In this document: positions 31,828 to 41,848 of the stretch, piece by piece
How the letters are laid out: the number at the start of each line of letters is the position of its first letter
How positions within the stretch are numbered: position 1 is the first letter of the stretch
Assembly (NCBI GenBank): GCA_035388025.1
Contig: DAOOPA010000002.1
Coordinates: forward strand, 1 to 44,078
From: a bacterium
GTDB lineage: Bacteria > Patescibacteriota > Patescibacteriia > UBA2196 > GWA2-42-15
Direction: 5' to 3'
DNA length: 44,078 nt
Made by a program: the position numbers and the translations under genes
Notes under the pieces: model-generated
What the model was told of the DNA's origin: nothing
Database searches by the model: none
Seen by the model: the letters and a program-made list of their open reading frames with translations, nothing else

Positions 31828-33398
31828 TAGATATCATCTTTGGAACCATATTGATAATCATAATCAGCCTCTTCTTCCTCGCTGGCCAAACCCAACTCTT
31901 CCTCCTCCTCTTCCAGCTCGTCCTCAGCCTCGTCATCCTCTGAATCATAATCAGAATCGGAAAAACCCTCATGATTGTTGATGTTGTCATCGGTATGGCG
32001 TGGCTGATGTTCGGACAGTTCTGATAAGTTTTGGGCAGTAGTTTCATCGTGTTTTTTGTCCCCAATTTTAATGCTTTCCAGACGATAACTTTTTATGGTG
32101 TTGATATTGGGGTCCAAGCGTTTTTTAATCTCCGGAATAATTTTGTCATAATTAACTATCTCTTGAATACCAGAGTTCATATCGCGAATAATAATTGTGC
32201 GGTCCATCAATTCCTTTTGTCCAATGATAAGAGTAAATTTGGCGCGCAGACCATCGGCTTTTTCCAACTGAACCTTGAGGCCATCCTTGGAAAAACTTTC
32301 ACCAACCTGAAAGCCCTCGTTGATTAATTTTTCATATAATTTAAAACCCTCTTTGCGCGCCTCAGACCCAAGCTGGGCCACGAAGATATCAATATTTTCC
32401 TGGCCTTGAAGGTCAGGCCGAGATTCGCGCAATTTATTGATAACCCGCTCAACACCAATGGCCAAGCCAGCGGCTGGAGTGGGCCTACCGCCCAAAACTT
32501 CTAAAAGGCCATCAAAACGGCCGCCGCCCAAAAGCGCAACCGGACTTTCCTTGTTATCTTCTTTGGAAAAAACCTCAAAGGTGGTACGAGTATAGTAATC
32601 AAGGCCACGCACCAGCTGAACATCCAGGGCATATTCAATGCCCATGTCATCTAAATATTCCAAAACCTGCATGAAGTGTTTGCGACACTCTTCACAAAGA
32701 GAATCAACAATTTGAGGCGCCTCGGAAAGCATTTGGCGGCAACTTTCTTCCTTACAATCAAAAATGCGCAAAGGATTTTTTTGATAGCGCTCCTTGCAAG
32801 TCTCACACAAATTTTTTTTGCGCCCGCCAGAGGACAAATATTGTTTGAACTTGGTCAAATAGCCAGCGCGGCATTCTGGACAACCAATACTATTGAGATG
32901 AACTAGAGGTGACAGACCAACAGCCTCTAGGATGCGATAGGCGATGATGACCAGCTGAGCATCAATGACCGGGCTATCTGTACCAATAACTTCTAGGTCT
33001 AGCTGGTGAAACTGGCGATAACGGCCAGACTGCGGATTGTCGTGCCGAAAGACCGGGCCGTGAACATAAAGCTTGACTGGCTGGGGCTTATTAAACATAC
33101 CGTGTTCAATATAGGCGCGGCAGATGCCGGGGGTAAATTCGGGGCGCAAGGTGACATTTTCTCCACCCTTATCTTCAAAGCTGTATAATTCCTTGGTGAC
33201 AACGTCCGTATGTTTGCCCGTACCCTTGAAATAGAGGGCTGATTGTTCCAAGACAGGTACGTCAATTTTTTTAAAACCATAATTGATAATAATGCGCTCT
33301 GCTTCATATAAAAAATAATCCCAGTAAGCCTGGTGCTCTGGCAAAATATCTTTAAAGCCTTTGAGTAATTGAATTGTTTTGCTGGCTGGTTTGGGCAT
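31827..33398 (-). CDS. hisS: Histidine--tRNA ligase with a 95-residue acidic C-terminal extension
   Basis: GFKDILPE, LRPEFT, FRHDNPQSGRYRQFHQ (motif 2), GGGRFDGL (motif 3), Cys-rich insertion. Start ATG 33398 (MPKPASK...); the upstream ORF part overlaps lepB. Confidence 0.9.
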   Translation of the reverse strand: MPKPASKTIQLLKGFKDILPEHQAYWDYFLYEAERIIINYGFKKIDVPVLEQSALYFKGTGKHTDVVTKELYSFEDKGGENVTLRPEFTPGICRAYIEHGMFNKPQPVKLYVHGPVFRHDNPQSGRYRQFHQLDLEVIGTDSPVIDAQLVIIAYRILEAVGLSPLVHLNSIGCPECRAGYLTKFKQYLSSGGRKKNLCETCKERYQKNPLRIFDCKEESCRQMLSEAPQIVDSLCEECRKHFMQVLEYLDDMGIEYALDVQLVRGLDYYTRTTFEVFSKEDNKESPVALLGGGRFDGLLEVLGGRPTPAAGLAIGVERVINKLRESRPDLQGQENIDIFVAQLGSEARKEGFKLYEKLINEGFQVGESFSKDGLKVQLEKADGLRAKFTLIIGQKELMDRTIIIRDMNSGIQEIVNYDKIIPEIKKRLDPNINTIKSYRLESIKIGDKKHDETTAQNLSELSEHQPRHTDDNINNHEGFSDSDYDSEDDEAEDELEEEEEELGLASEEEEADYDYQYGSKDDI

Positions 33399-33417
33399 AA
33401 AAAACTTGGAGCAATTA

Positions 33418-34035
33418 TTAATTATAAACAGGAGTGGAAAAAACTTGAAGCCGATCAAATGGCCAGCCACGGACCCAGGCGCGGCCCACAATGGCTGAGC
33501 GATTAATCGGACCGAAAATCCGCGAATCAAGAGAAGAATCGCGATTATCACCCAAAACAAAGTAGTCCGTGTTAGGTAATTTTAATTCTTTGCCTCCTTG
33601 AGTATAGACCTTGGGTAAATAAGCACTCTCGTCCAAATAAAAACCATCCGGATGCTCGCCATTAATAATAAAAATATTTCCATTCTTGATGGCAACCGTC
33701 TCGCCCGGCAAACCAATAATCCGCTTGATAAAATACTGGCTGGGATCATTAGGGTAGCGGAAAACAACCACATCACCTCTTTTGATAGTACCCAGACGAT
33801 AAGAAATTTCATCAATCACGAGATATTCATGATCAAAAAAATTCGGCTCCATGGAAGCCCCCTTGACATAGAAAGGCTGAATCAAAAAATAACGAATGGG
33901 AATAATGATTACCAAAGAAAAAACAACCACTTTGACCGTTTCCCAGATAAATTCTTTGATTTGATCAATCAGACCCTCTTGGCCAGAGGCTGGCTCAAAA
34001 CTCGGTTTTTCTTCTGGTTTTTCTATAAATGCCAT
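33418..34035 (-). CDS. lepB: Signal peptidase I
   Basis: GASMEPNF (catalytic Ser box), GDVVVFRYP, IKRIIGLPGE (Lys box), VLGDNRDSSLDSR. Confidence 0.9.
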   Translation of the reverse strand: MAFIEKPEEKPSFEPASGQEGLIDQIKEFIWETVKVVVFSLVIIIPIRYFLIQPFYVKGASMEPNFFDHEYLVIDEISYRLGTIKRGDVVVFRYPNDPSQYFIKRIIGLPGETVAIKNGNIFIINGEHPDGFYLDESAYLPKVYTQGGKELKLPNTDYFVLGDNRDSSLDSRIFGPINRSAIVGRAWVRGWPFDRLQVFSTPVYN

Positions 34036-34169
34036 AAAAATTATTTAGCGAATAAGTAGAGAATTAGCCGCTGGTACCGGGTCTGAACCACAATAAAGAT
34101 ACTCTTCATGGCGCTCGTTGATACCAATGACTAATGTTAATTAAGATAGTTTTGAAATTGATAATATCA

Positions 34170-34246
34170 CTGGTGGGCAATGCTGGACTCGAACCAGCGA
34201 CCTCGCCGATGTGAACGGCGCGCTCTAACCAGCTGAGCTAATTGCC
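34170..34246 (-). tRNA. tRNA-Val (anticodon CAC), CCA encoded
   Basis: The reverse complement folds as: acceptor GGGCAAT/ATTGCCC, D-arm GCTC/GAGC, anticodon stem CGCCG/CGGCG with loop TTCACAT, T-arm GCTGG-TTCGAGT-CCAGC, then A + CCA. Confidence 0.9.
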
Positions 34247-34310
34247 CAAGGTGGATAATATTTTATGCTAATATTAGCTAATTTGTACTAATAATAGCAT
34301 ATTTTTTTAA

Positions 34311-34339
34311 TTGACGCAAGGATGTCTTTAGTATATTAT
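34311..34339 (+). promoter_or_regulatory. Sigma70-type promoter of the LCP-der-pth... operon
   Basis: TTGACG-17 nt-TATTAT. Confidence 0.5.
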
Positions 34340-34389
34340 AAAAAGAAAGAGAGCTCTCCCAAGGGCTTTAAATTTTGTATAAGAAAAAA

Positions 34390-35904
34390 ATGGAAAACAA
34401 TATTAATCTGGTACCACCACAACTCCAAGAAGAAGCAGAGGGAGAGAAAAAGCACGGTTTAATTTATAAATTTTTGAGGTTAATGGCTTTCGGTTTGCTC
34501 GGTTTGTTTGTTTTGACCTGGATTTTATCTTCCCAGGCTGTATTTTCCAAAGGTTCAGTCGGCCGATTAATTGGACGCTTGCCAGTAATAAGCCAATTTA
34601 GGATGCTCCTAGGCGATGATGGTAAATTGGCAGGAACAGAGAGTGACCGCATTAATTTTTTGCTGATGGGAATCGGGGGGGCTGGCCATGATGGCTCACT
34701 TTTAACAGATACTATAATTCTGGGAAGTCTAAAGTTATCAACTAATGAGGCGGCGTTAATCTCTATCCCGCGCGATTTGCTGGTAAAAATACCAGGCAAT
34801 GGCTACCAAAGAATAAATAACGCCAGCTCTTATGGAGAGACTATTGATTATCCGGGCGGTGGCTCGGCTTTAGCGGCCAAAACGATAGAGGAAGTATTTG
34901 GCGTACCGATTCATTATTATTTGAGAATAGACTTTACCGGTTTTAAGAGGGTAATTGACGAACTGGGAGGAGTAAACGTAGAAATAGAAAAAAGTTTCGC
35001 CGATAGCCAATACCCGACCGAAGACCACGAAGTGCAAACAATAAGCTTTGAAAAAGGAATTGAACACATGGATGGAGAAAGGGCTTTGCAATACGCTCGC
35101 TCACGCCATGGAAACAATGGCGAGGGATCGGATTTTGCCCGGAGCCGACGCCAACAAAAAATTATCCTGGCTATTAAAAATAAACTAATGAATTGGAAGG
35201 TTTTTCTCAACCCCAATAAGCTCTATAAAATTTTTGACGCGGTAAGAGACAATATTCAAACCAACGTGGAAACCTGGGAGATACCTGAAATTATTAATGT
35301 AGCCAAAGAAGTTGACTTTGAGACAGTGAAGAATTATGTAATTGATGATTCGGCCGGAGGATTATTAAAGCCAACAACAACTGAGGGTGGCGCTTTTGTT
35401 TTGGTACCCAAAAACGGCGATTACGGAGAGTTAAAGGGTTTTGTGCAAAATATTTTTACCATCAAAGAAATCGCGGCAAAAAATATTCCCGTGATTGTGG
35501 CCAATGGCACCACCATTGATGGCCTCGGCACCTATATGTCGTCCAGCCTGGAATCACTCGGCTTCAAGGTAAAAAGAATAACCAATTCTTCAAACCAAAA
35601 TTTTGAAAAAACCGTCGTTTATGATTTGACTGGGGGGGTTGAGAATGAGGCTTTGTCATTTTTAAAAGAACGCTTTAGCGCCCATACCAGCCGTGAGGTT
35701 CCAGAATTTTTATACCCGGCCATGTACCGAAAAAATGATCAGGGAATAGAGGAAAAAATTGAAGCTTCTTTTATAATAGTAACGGGATATGATCGGATTG
35801 ACGACATAAAAGCCATCAATGAGTGGCGCGAAAAACAAACCGCCAGTGCAGCGACGACAACAACAGAGGCGCCAAAAAACGAAACACTGGAAGCGGGAGA
35901 ATAG
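34390..35904 (+). CDS. LytR-CpsA-Psr (LCP) family cell-envelope phosphotransferase with C-terminal LytR_C-like domain
   Basis: N-terminal TM. FLLMGIGGAGHDGSLLTDTIILG, ISIPRDL, RIDFTGFKRVIDELGGV, ALQYARSRH, DFARSRRQQ. First ATG at 34390 (the track TTG at 34375 is also possible). Confidence 0.85.
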   Translation: MENNINLVPPQLQEEAEGEKKHGLIYKFLRLMAFGLLGLFVLTWILSSQAVFSKGSVGRLIGRLPVISQFRMLLGDDGKLAGTESDRINFLLMGIGGAGHDGSLLTDTIILGSLKLSTNEAALISIPRDLLVKIPGNGYQRINNASSYGETIDYPGGGSALAAKTIEEVFGVPIHYYLRIDFTGFKRVIDELGGVNVEIEKSFADSQYPTEDHEVQTISFEKGIEHMDGERALQYARSRHGNNGEGSDFARSRRQQKIILAIKNKLMNWKVFLNPNKLYKIFDAVRDNIQTNVETWEIPEIINVAKEVDFETVKNYVIDDSAGGLLKPTTTEGGAFVLVPKNGDYGELKGFVQNIFTIKEIAAKNIPVIVANGTTIDGLGTYMSSSLESLGFKVKRITNSSNQNFEKTVVYDLTGGVENEALSFLKERFSAHTSREVPEFLYPAMYRKNDQGIEEKIEASFIIVTGYDRIDDIKAINEWREKQTASAATTTTEAPKNETLEAGE

Positions 35905-35923
35905 AAAATAAAATTTAAATAAT

Positions 35924-37342
35924 ATGCTGGGAACAGTGACAATTATCGGCCGAGCAAATGTCGGCAAATCAACTTTGTTTAATCGACTTTCCGAAACTAG
36001 ACGAGCTCTGGTTTCAAAAATTCCTGGAACAACGCGCGATTTGAAATACGCCGAAGTAGAATGGCAGGGCCAAGAATTTAAATTGGTAGATACAGGGGGT
36101 TTTTTGGCCGAGCAAAAGAGCGAGCTGCAAAAATTGACAAAAAAGAGAGAGAAAAAAATGCGCTTGGGGGCCGGAGAAGATATTGACCGGCAGGTGGAAT
36201 TAAAGGCCAGGCAGGCGCTAGAAAAAAGCGACTTGGTGATTTTGATGACCGACGCAATCGAGGGGTTGAACCCGCAAGATAAAAAAATTGCCAATTTTCT
36301 AAGGCAGAGCAAAAAATTAACAATAATAGCAATTAATAAATGCGACACGGCCAGACTGCGCGAACAAACCGCTGATTTTTACCAGCTGGGCTTGGGCGAA
36401 CCATATCTCATATCAGCGGCAAATGGCGCCGGGATTGGTGATTTGCTCGAGGGAATAGTCACGAAACTAAAAAGTCTCAAAAAAAAATCTATCAGGCAAC
36501 CCAAAAAAGAGACGGTCAGGGTAGCAATAATCGGGAAACCAAACGTAGGCAAATCGTCGCTCCTCAATACGCTTAGCGGCGAAGAAAAGGTAATTGTTTC
36601 AGCCACGCCGCACACGACCAGAGAGCCAAATGATACGAAAATTGATTATCAGGACAAAGAAATAATCATTATTGATACGGCCGGTGTCAGGCGCAAAGCC
36701 AGAATCGACCGCAACGGGCTGGAGGAAAGCGGGGTCAGGATGACTTGGGGGGTTTTGCGAGACGCAGACGTGGCCATAGTGATGATAGATATAAATGAAA
36801 ACTTGAGCCACCAAGACATGCAACTTGGTAAAATCATTGCCGAAGCTGGCGTGGGGACGATTATTGTGGCCAATAAATATGATCTGGTAAGGGGGCGCGA
36901 GGAAGAAAAAAGCGCTGACGAATATCGTGCTTATATCCAATGGGCGTTCCCCCATTTGTCTTACGCCCCCATTGTTTTGGCCAGCGCCAAAACTGGCTTT
37001 AATACAGAAAAAATATTAAAATTAATTTTGGAAGTCTCCGCTGGCCAAAAAATAAAAGTTACGGCTAATGCCTTGAATAAATTTTTAAAATTTTTGATCA
37101 AAAAGCAACCGCCAGTCAAGAAAAGAATCAATTTTCGAGGGCGAGTCGCGGTCAAGAGAGCTTTTGTTACCAGGCTCCGACAGGTTGATATCAAGCCACC
37201 AGTTTTTGAATGCGAAGTGGGTTCGGACGAGGAACTGGAAGAGAGTTATAAAAAATACATCATTAATAACCTGAGAGAAAAATTTCACTTTGTCGGAGCG
37301 CCAATCCGCTTGGTGGTGCGTCGGCTCCAGAAAAAAACTTGA
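35924..37342 (+). CDS. der: Ribosome biogenesis GTPase Der (EngA), two GTPase domains + KH-like domain
   Basis: GRANVGKSTLFNRL / DTGG / NKCD, then GKPNVGKSSLLN / DTAG / NKYD. Confidence 0.9.
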   Translation: MLGTVTIIGRANVGKSTLFNRLSETRRALVSKIPGTTRDLKYAEVEWQGQEFKLVDTGGFLAEQKSELQKLTKKREKKMRLGAGEDIDRQVELKARQALEKSDLVILMTDAIEGLNPQDKKIANFLRQSKKLTIIAINKCDTARLREQTADFYQLGLGEPYLISAANGAGIGDLLEGIVTKLKSLKKKSIRQPKKETVRVAIIGKPNVGKSSLLNTLSGEEKVIVSATPHTTREPNDTKIDYQDKEIIIIDTAGVRRKARIDRNGLEESGVRMTWGVLRDADVAIVMIDINENLSHQDMQLGKIIAEAGVGTIIVANKYDLVRGREEEKSADEYRAYIQWAFPHLSYAPIVLASAKTGFNTEKILKLILEVSAGQKIKVTANALNKFLKFLIKKQPPVKKRINFRGRVAVKRAFVTRLRQVDIKPPVFECEVGSDEELEESYKKYIINNLREKFHFVGAPIRLVVRRLQKKT

Positions 37343-37347
37343 TTACT

Positions 37348-37908
37348 ATGGAGAGAAAAAACAAGGCAATAATAATAGCGGGGCTCGGCAACCCAGGCCG
37401 AGAATATGAAAAAACGCGCCATAACATTGGTTTTATGGCCGTGGATTTTTTGGCGGAAAAGTTGAACTGGGGAGAATTCAAAGAACAGAAAAAATTCCAG
37501 GCAGAAATATTGGAAGCAACATGGCAGAATAAAAAAATAATCGTTATTAAACCGCAAAAGTTTATGAATAATTCCGGCGAGTCACTGGCGGCGGTGACAA
37601 ACTTTTACAAAATCAAGAGCCAAAATATTATCATGGTTTATGATGAGTTGGATTTGCCCTTTGGCAAAATACGAATCCGGCCTGCTGGTTCTTCGGCCGG
37701 ACACAATGGCATCAAATCGATCATAGAAAAACTGGGCACGGATAAATTCTGGCGGGTGAGAATTGGGGTTGGCAATGATCAAAAAGAAAAAATGGAGGCG
37801 GCGGATTTTGTTTTGGGTAAATTTTCTAGGGAAGAGAAAAAAATATTGGAGCAAGAGATTCTACCGGCAGTGGCCGGGGAAATAGAAAAAATAATAAGAG
37901 CTGAATAA
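37348..37908 (+). CDS. pth: Peptidyl-tRNA hydrolase
   Basis: IIAGLGNPGREYEKTRHNIGF and GSSAGHNGIKSI motifs. First ATG at 37348. Confidence 0.9.
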   Translation: MERKNKAIIIAGLGNPGREYEKTRHNIGFMAVDFLAEKLNWGEFKEQKKFQAEILEATWQNKKIIVIKPQKFMNNSGESLAAVTNFYKIKSQNIIMVYDELDLPFGKIRIRPAGSSAGHNGIKSIIEKLGTDKFWRVRIGVGNDQKEKMEAADFVLGKFSREEKKILEQEILPAVAGEIEKIIRAE

Positions 37909-37928
37909 AAAATTTAACATTTATTTTC

Positions 37929-40628
37929 ATGCCGCGAGCAACACAATCAATTTACCAAGCGCAACAAAAACGAGACCATAAACGGTGGTATGTTTTGACG
38001 CAAGAAGATATTTTCCAGAAACTAGCAACCAGCAAGAGCGGCTTGAGTGAGCAAGAAGTCAAAAAAAGACTACTCCAGCATGGGAGAAACAAAATGCCCG
38101 AGGGTCAAAAAATTTCCAAGTGGGCACTCTTGCTACAACAATTTAACAGTTCTTTGGTCTATATCTTGCTTGGTGCCACGGTTATCAGTTCGATCTTGGG
38201 AGATTATGTTGATGCCGGAGTAATTTTTTTGGCAGTTTTGATAAATGTAGCGCTCGGCTATTATCAAGAAAACAAAGCTATCAATTCTTTAGCCGCCTTA
38301 AAAAAGGTGGCTGTTAATTACTGTAAAGTATATCGTGAAGGCAAGAAAAAACAGATTATGGCCGAAGATTTAACGATCGGCGACTTGGTTTTTCTTAGCG
38401 CCGGCGACCGAGTACCGGCTGATTTGAGGATATTGAAGAACGTTAATCTGAAAATCAATGAGGCTCCGCTCACTGGGGAATCAAATGAGATAGAAAAAAC
38501 CAACCGGCCATTGGCGGGTGAACTTATTTTGGGAGATCAAGCCAATATGGCTTTCCTCGGAACACAAGTAACCCAGGGCAATGGTTTGGCGGTAGTAGTG
38601 GCAACTGGCCAAGAAACAGAGTTGGGCAAAATCGCCAGCCTGGTCGCGGAGACAAAAGACCCGATGACTCCACTGCAAAAAAAAATATCAACTTTTGCCA
38701 GAAGATTGAGCTTGGCGGCCATTGGTATTTGTCTTTTAATTTTTGTGGCGGGCTTAATCTTGGGTTATGATGCCAAACAAATCTTTGTAACGGCGGTCGC
38801 CATTTCAGTGGCAATAGTGCCCGAGGGTCTTTTGATAGTAATGACCGTCATTTTGGCTTTTGGCATGCAAAGAATACTGAAAGAAAAAGCTTTAATCAAG
38901 CAACTTTTAGCCGCCGAAACACTTGGCTCAACCACAGTAATCTGTACTGATAAAACAGGAACGATCACCGATGGTGAGATGCGCGTGGTAGAGCTGGCGA
39001 CCCTGGATTATAATTTTGACCTACTTAATAACCAGGCCAGGGAAAAACAGGGGGGCAATGAGTTAATTAAGCTTTTGAAAATCGGCGTACTTTGTAATAA
39101 TGCCTACATTGAAAATCCCGAGGCAGAGCTGGAGCATCGTATCGTGCGTGGTTCGCCGACTGAGAAAGCCCTTCTGATGATGGGGGCCAATGTCGGACTG
39201 GAAAAAAATAAATTAGAAAAAGAAGAGCCGCGGTTGGCAGAAACACCTTTTGACAGTGCTTGGAAATTCATGATGACATTGCATAAGGGCAAAGAAAATG
39301 CCTGGATTTACCTCAAGGGGGCGCCAGAGACTATTTTGACTATGGCCAAATATATCTACTCGGACGAAAAAAAGAACGAAATAGAAATAAGCAAAAAAGA
39401 ACAAGCAAGGCTTTTGGCGATTCACGAAGAGATGAGTAAAAAAGGACTGCGAGTTTTGGCCTTGGCTTACAAAAAAATAAATAATAAAATAAAAACGCTT
39501 GACGGCTTGGAACTAAATGATTTTGTTTTTGTCGGCTTGGCTGGCATAAAAGATCCGCTTCGCAGTGAAGCCAAAAAAACCATTCAAGAAGTTGGGGAGG
39601 CCGGGATAAAAACTGTTATTATTACCGGAGATCATGAATTGACCGCCAGGGCCATCGCCAAAGAGTTGAGCATGCCGGCCGAGGCCAAAAATATCATGAG
39701 CGGCGAGAGGCTGGCCAAAATGACTGAAAGCGAATTGAAAGCATTGGTACCAGAAATTTCTATTTACGCCCGAGTGGCGCCAGAAGACAAATTAAAAATC
39801 GTCAAAGCTTGGCAGGACTGCGGGGAGGTGGTGGCGATGACCGGCGACGGTATTAACGATGCTCCTGCCTTGAAAAAGGCGGACATAGGCATTGCGGTCG
39901 ATTCCGGCACGGACGTAGCCAAAGAAACCGCTGACATTGTGATTTTGGATAATAATTTTCTAACAATAATCAAAGCAATCAAAGAAGGCCGGGTTATTTA
40001 TGACAACATAAAAAAAGTAGTTTTCTATTTTTTGTCGGATGGGCTAGCGGAGGTGATTACGGTCAGCGTGGGGATACTGCTTGGCTGGCCACTACCCCTC
40101 TTGGCTTCGCAAATCATCTGGATCAACCTGATTGATGATACTTTTCCGGGCATCGCCATGGCCAAAGAGCCGGCGGAAAGCGGCATCATGAAACAACGGC
40201 CGAGAAAGTTGAGCGAACCGATCCTCAATAGAGAAAGTTTTGTTTTGATTGGCATCATTAGCCTGTTATCAGCGGCGGGTACCTTATTTTTCTTTCATTT
40301 TTTTTGGCAACAAACTGGGGATATAAATTTGGGCAGAACGGTGGGTTTCACCTTTTTGGCCGTGAACACTTTGGTTTATATTTTTAGCGCCAGAAATCTT
40401 CACAAGCCAATGTGGCAAACTAATGTTTTTAGCAATAAATCTTTGCTTCTGGCCGTGGTAGTGGGCTTTGCCATGCAGGCTTTTGCCGTTTACAACGGCT
40501 TGGCCCAAAGAATTTTTCAAACAGTACCGCTGGGTTGGGAAGCTTGGCTGGCAATAATACTCGGTTGTGTTCTGATTATTATAGCGATAGAGGGCGTCAA
40601 AATGATTTATGCGCGCAAGCATGTCTAA
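37929..40628 (+). CDS. Cation-transporting P-type ATPase (P2-type, Ca2+/Mg2+-like)
   Basis: TGES actuator motif, phosphorylation site ICTDKTGTITDG, ITGDH, MTGDGINDAPALKKADIGIA; 899 aa with about 10 TM. Confidence 0.9.
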   Translation: MPRATQSIYQAQQKRDHKRWYVLTQEDIFQKLATSKSGLSEQEVKKRLLQHGRNKMPEGQKISKWALLLQQFNSSLVYILLGATVISSILGDYVDAGVIFLAVLINVALGYYQENKAINSLAALKKVAVNYCKVYREGKKKQIMAEDLTIGDLVFLSAGDRVPADLRILKNVNLKINEAPLTGESNEIEKTNRPLAGELILGDQANMAFLGTQVTQGNGLAVVVATGQETELGKIASLVAETKDPMTPLQKKISTFARRLSLAAIGICLLIFVAGLILGYDAKQIFVTAVAISVAIVPEGLLIVMTVILAFGMQRILKEKALIKQLLAAETLGSTTVICTDKTGTITDGEMRVVELATLDYNFDLLNNQAREKQGGNELIKLLKIGVLCNNAYIENPEAELEHRIVRGSPTEKALLMMGANVGLEKNKLEKEEPRLAETPFDSAWKFMMTLHKGKENAWIYLKGAPETILTMAKYIYSDEKKNEIEISKKEQARLLAIHEEMSKKGLRVLALAYKKINNKIKTLDGLELNDFVFVGLAGIKDPLRSEAKKTIQEVGEAGIKTVIITGDHELTARAIAKELSMPAEAKNIMSGERLAKMTESELKALVPEISIYARVAPEDKLKIVKAWQDCGEVVAMTGDGINDAPALKKADIGIAVDSGTDVAKETADIVILDNNFLTIIKAIKEGRVIYDNIKKVVFYFLSDGLAEVITVSVGILLGWPLPLLASQIIWINLIDDTFPGIAMAKEPAESGIMKQRPRKLSEPILNRESFVLIGIISLLSAAGTLFFFHFFWQQTGDINLGRTVGFTFLAVNTLVYIFSARNLHKPMWQTNVFSNKSLLLAVVVGFAMQAFAVYNGLAQRIFQTVPLGWEAWLAIILGCVLIIIAIEGVKMIYARKHV

Positions 40629-41733
40629 GAAAACAATCATCATAATACTCGGTGCGGCGGCCCTGATGCTGATTCTGGGCTGGTTTTATTTAATAATAAA
40701 GTGGTGGCCGGAAATATGTCCGAGCAACATGAACACCGCGAGAAATGAAACCATGTTGATTTTTTCTACTAGTACGGCAAACCGCTTGAGCCCGGAGCCA
40801 AAAGAAATCAAAATAATCGCGGTCGGTGATATAATGCTTTCCAGAACAGTGGAACAAAAAATGTTGGACAAAAATAATTTTGATTATCCATTTCTGAAAA
40901 TGAAAGAATATTTGAAGACGGCTGACTTGGCTTTCGGTAATCTGGAAACAGCCATCACGCCAGGGCGGGTAATCGAAAGCGGCGAGATGACTTTTCGCGC
41001 CGACCCAAAGGTGGCTCAAATTTTGCGGAATAATAATTTTCAAATTGTCTCTTTGGCCAACAATCATACGCCGAATTTCGGGCAGAAGGGGTTGAAAGAT
41101 ACTTTTGAATATTTAACCAGGGCGGGAATAAAATATGCCGGTGCGGGTAATAATTTGGAGGAAGCCAGAAGAGCCCAATACCTAAAGGTGGGTGACATAA
41201 ATATTGCCTGGCTCTCAAGAACCGAGCAAGTGATGGTGCCTGAGAGCTACGCGGCTGGCGAGATAAAAGCGGGGACGGCCTTTTGGGACAAACAAGAAAT
41301 CGCTGACGCGGTAAAGGCGGCCAAAGAAAAAGCTGATCTGGTGATTGTTTCGATGCATGCCGGAGTGGAATACAGACCAAAACCAACCGAAGAACAGCAA
41401 GCTTTTGCCAGAGCGGCAATTGAGGCCGGAGCAGAAATAGTGATCGGCCATCATCCGCACGTGGTGCAAAGCGCGGAAAAATATCAGGGCAAATATATTT
41501 TTTACAGCTTAGGCAATTTTATTTTTGACCAAATGTGGAGTCGAGAAACCAGAGAAGGAATAACACTAGAAATCACTTTGACAAAATCTGGTGTTAACCA
41601 GATTGCCGTAACGCCAATTTTGATTGAGGATTATTGCCAACCGAGAATGCTGACCGGTGAAGAAGGAGAGAAAATAATCAAGAGGCTGGAGATGGAGACT
41701 GAAGAGAAAGGTGAGGATTATATTCTAAAATAA
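40621..41733 (+). CDS. CapA-family metallophosphatase-fold protein (PGA_cap domain)
   Basis: N-terminal TM, VGDIMLSR, ADLAFGNLE, SLANNH, SMHAGVEY, GHHPHV. ATG 40621 overlaps the ATPase stop by 8 nt (40609 is an alternative). Confidence 0.8.
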   Translation: MSKKTIIIILGAAALMLILGWFYLIIKWWPEICPSNMNTARNETMLIFSTSTANRLSPEPKEIKIIAVGDIMLSRTVEQKMLDKNNFDYPFLKMKEYLKTADLAFGNLETAITPGRVIESGEMTFRADPKVAQILRNNNFQIVSLANNHTPNFGQKGLKDTFEYLTRAGIKYAGAGNNLEEARRAQYLKVGDINIAWLSRTEQVMVPESYAAGEIKAGTAFWDKQEIADAVKAAKEKADLVIVSMHAGVEYRPKPTEEQQAFARAAIEAGAEIVIGHHPHVVQSAEKYQGKYIFYSLGNFIFDQMWSRETREGITLEITLTKSGVNQIAVTPILIEDYCQPRMLTGEEGEKIIKRLEMETEEKGEDYILK

Positions 41734-41848
41734 AAACAAAGGACAAAGCTCTAATTTCCAATCAAGCTCAAATTCCAAAGCCTAAAAACCTTTGTTTATG
41801 ATTTAGAGTTTTGGATTTGGGATTTAAATTTTAGCACCGTAATTATTT

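Noticed and set aside
33399-33560. N-terminal 54 codons of the track ORF 31827..33560 (MFWVIIAILLL...).
   Set aside because: This part overlaps the 3' end of lepB in another frame. The HisRS homology begins at MPKPASKTIQLLKGFKD (ATG 33398). It is an upstream open-frame artefact.
35710-36348. 212-aa minus-strand ORF across the LCP/der junction.
   Set aside because: It is antisense to two well-supported genes, and its composition is typical of a shadow ORF.
41735-41806. AAACAAAGG ... CCTTTGTTT 9 bp inverted repeat with a 54 nt loop after the CapA gene.
   Set aside because: The loop is too long for a convincing terminator, no T-run follows, and the sequence is low-complexity. Probably incidental.
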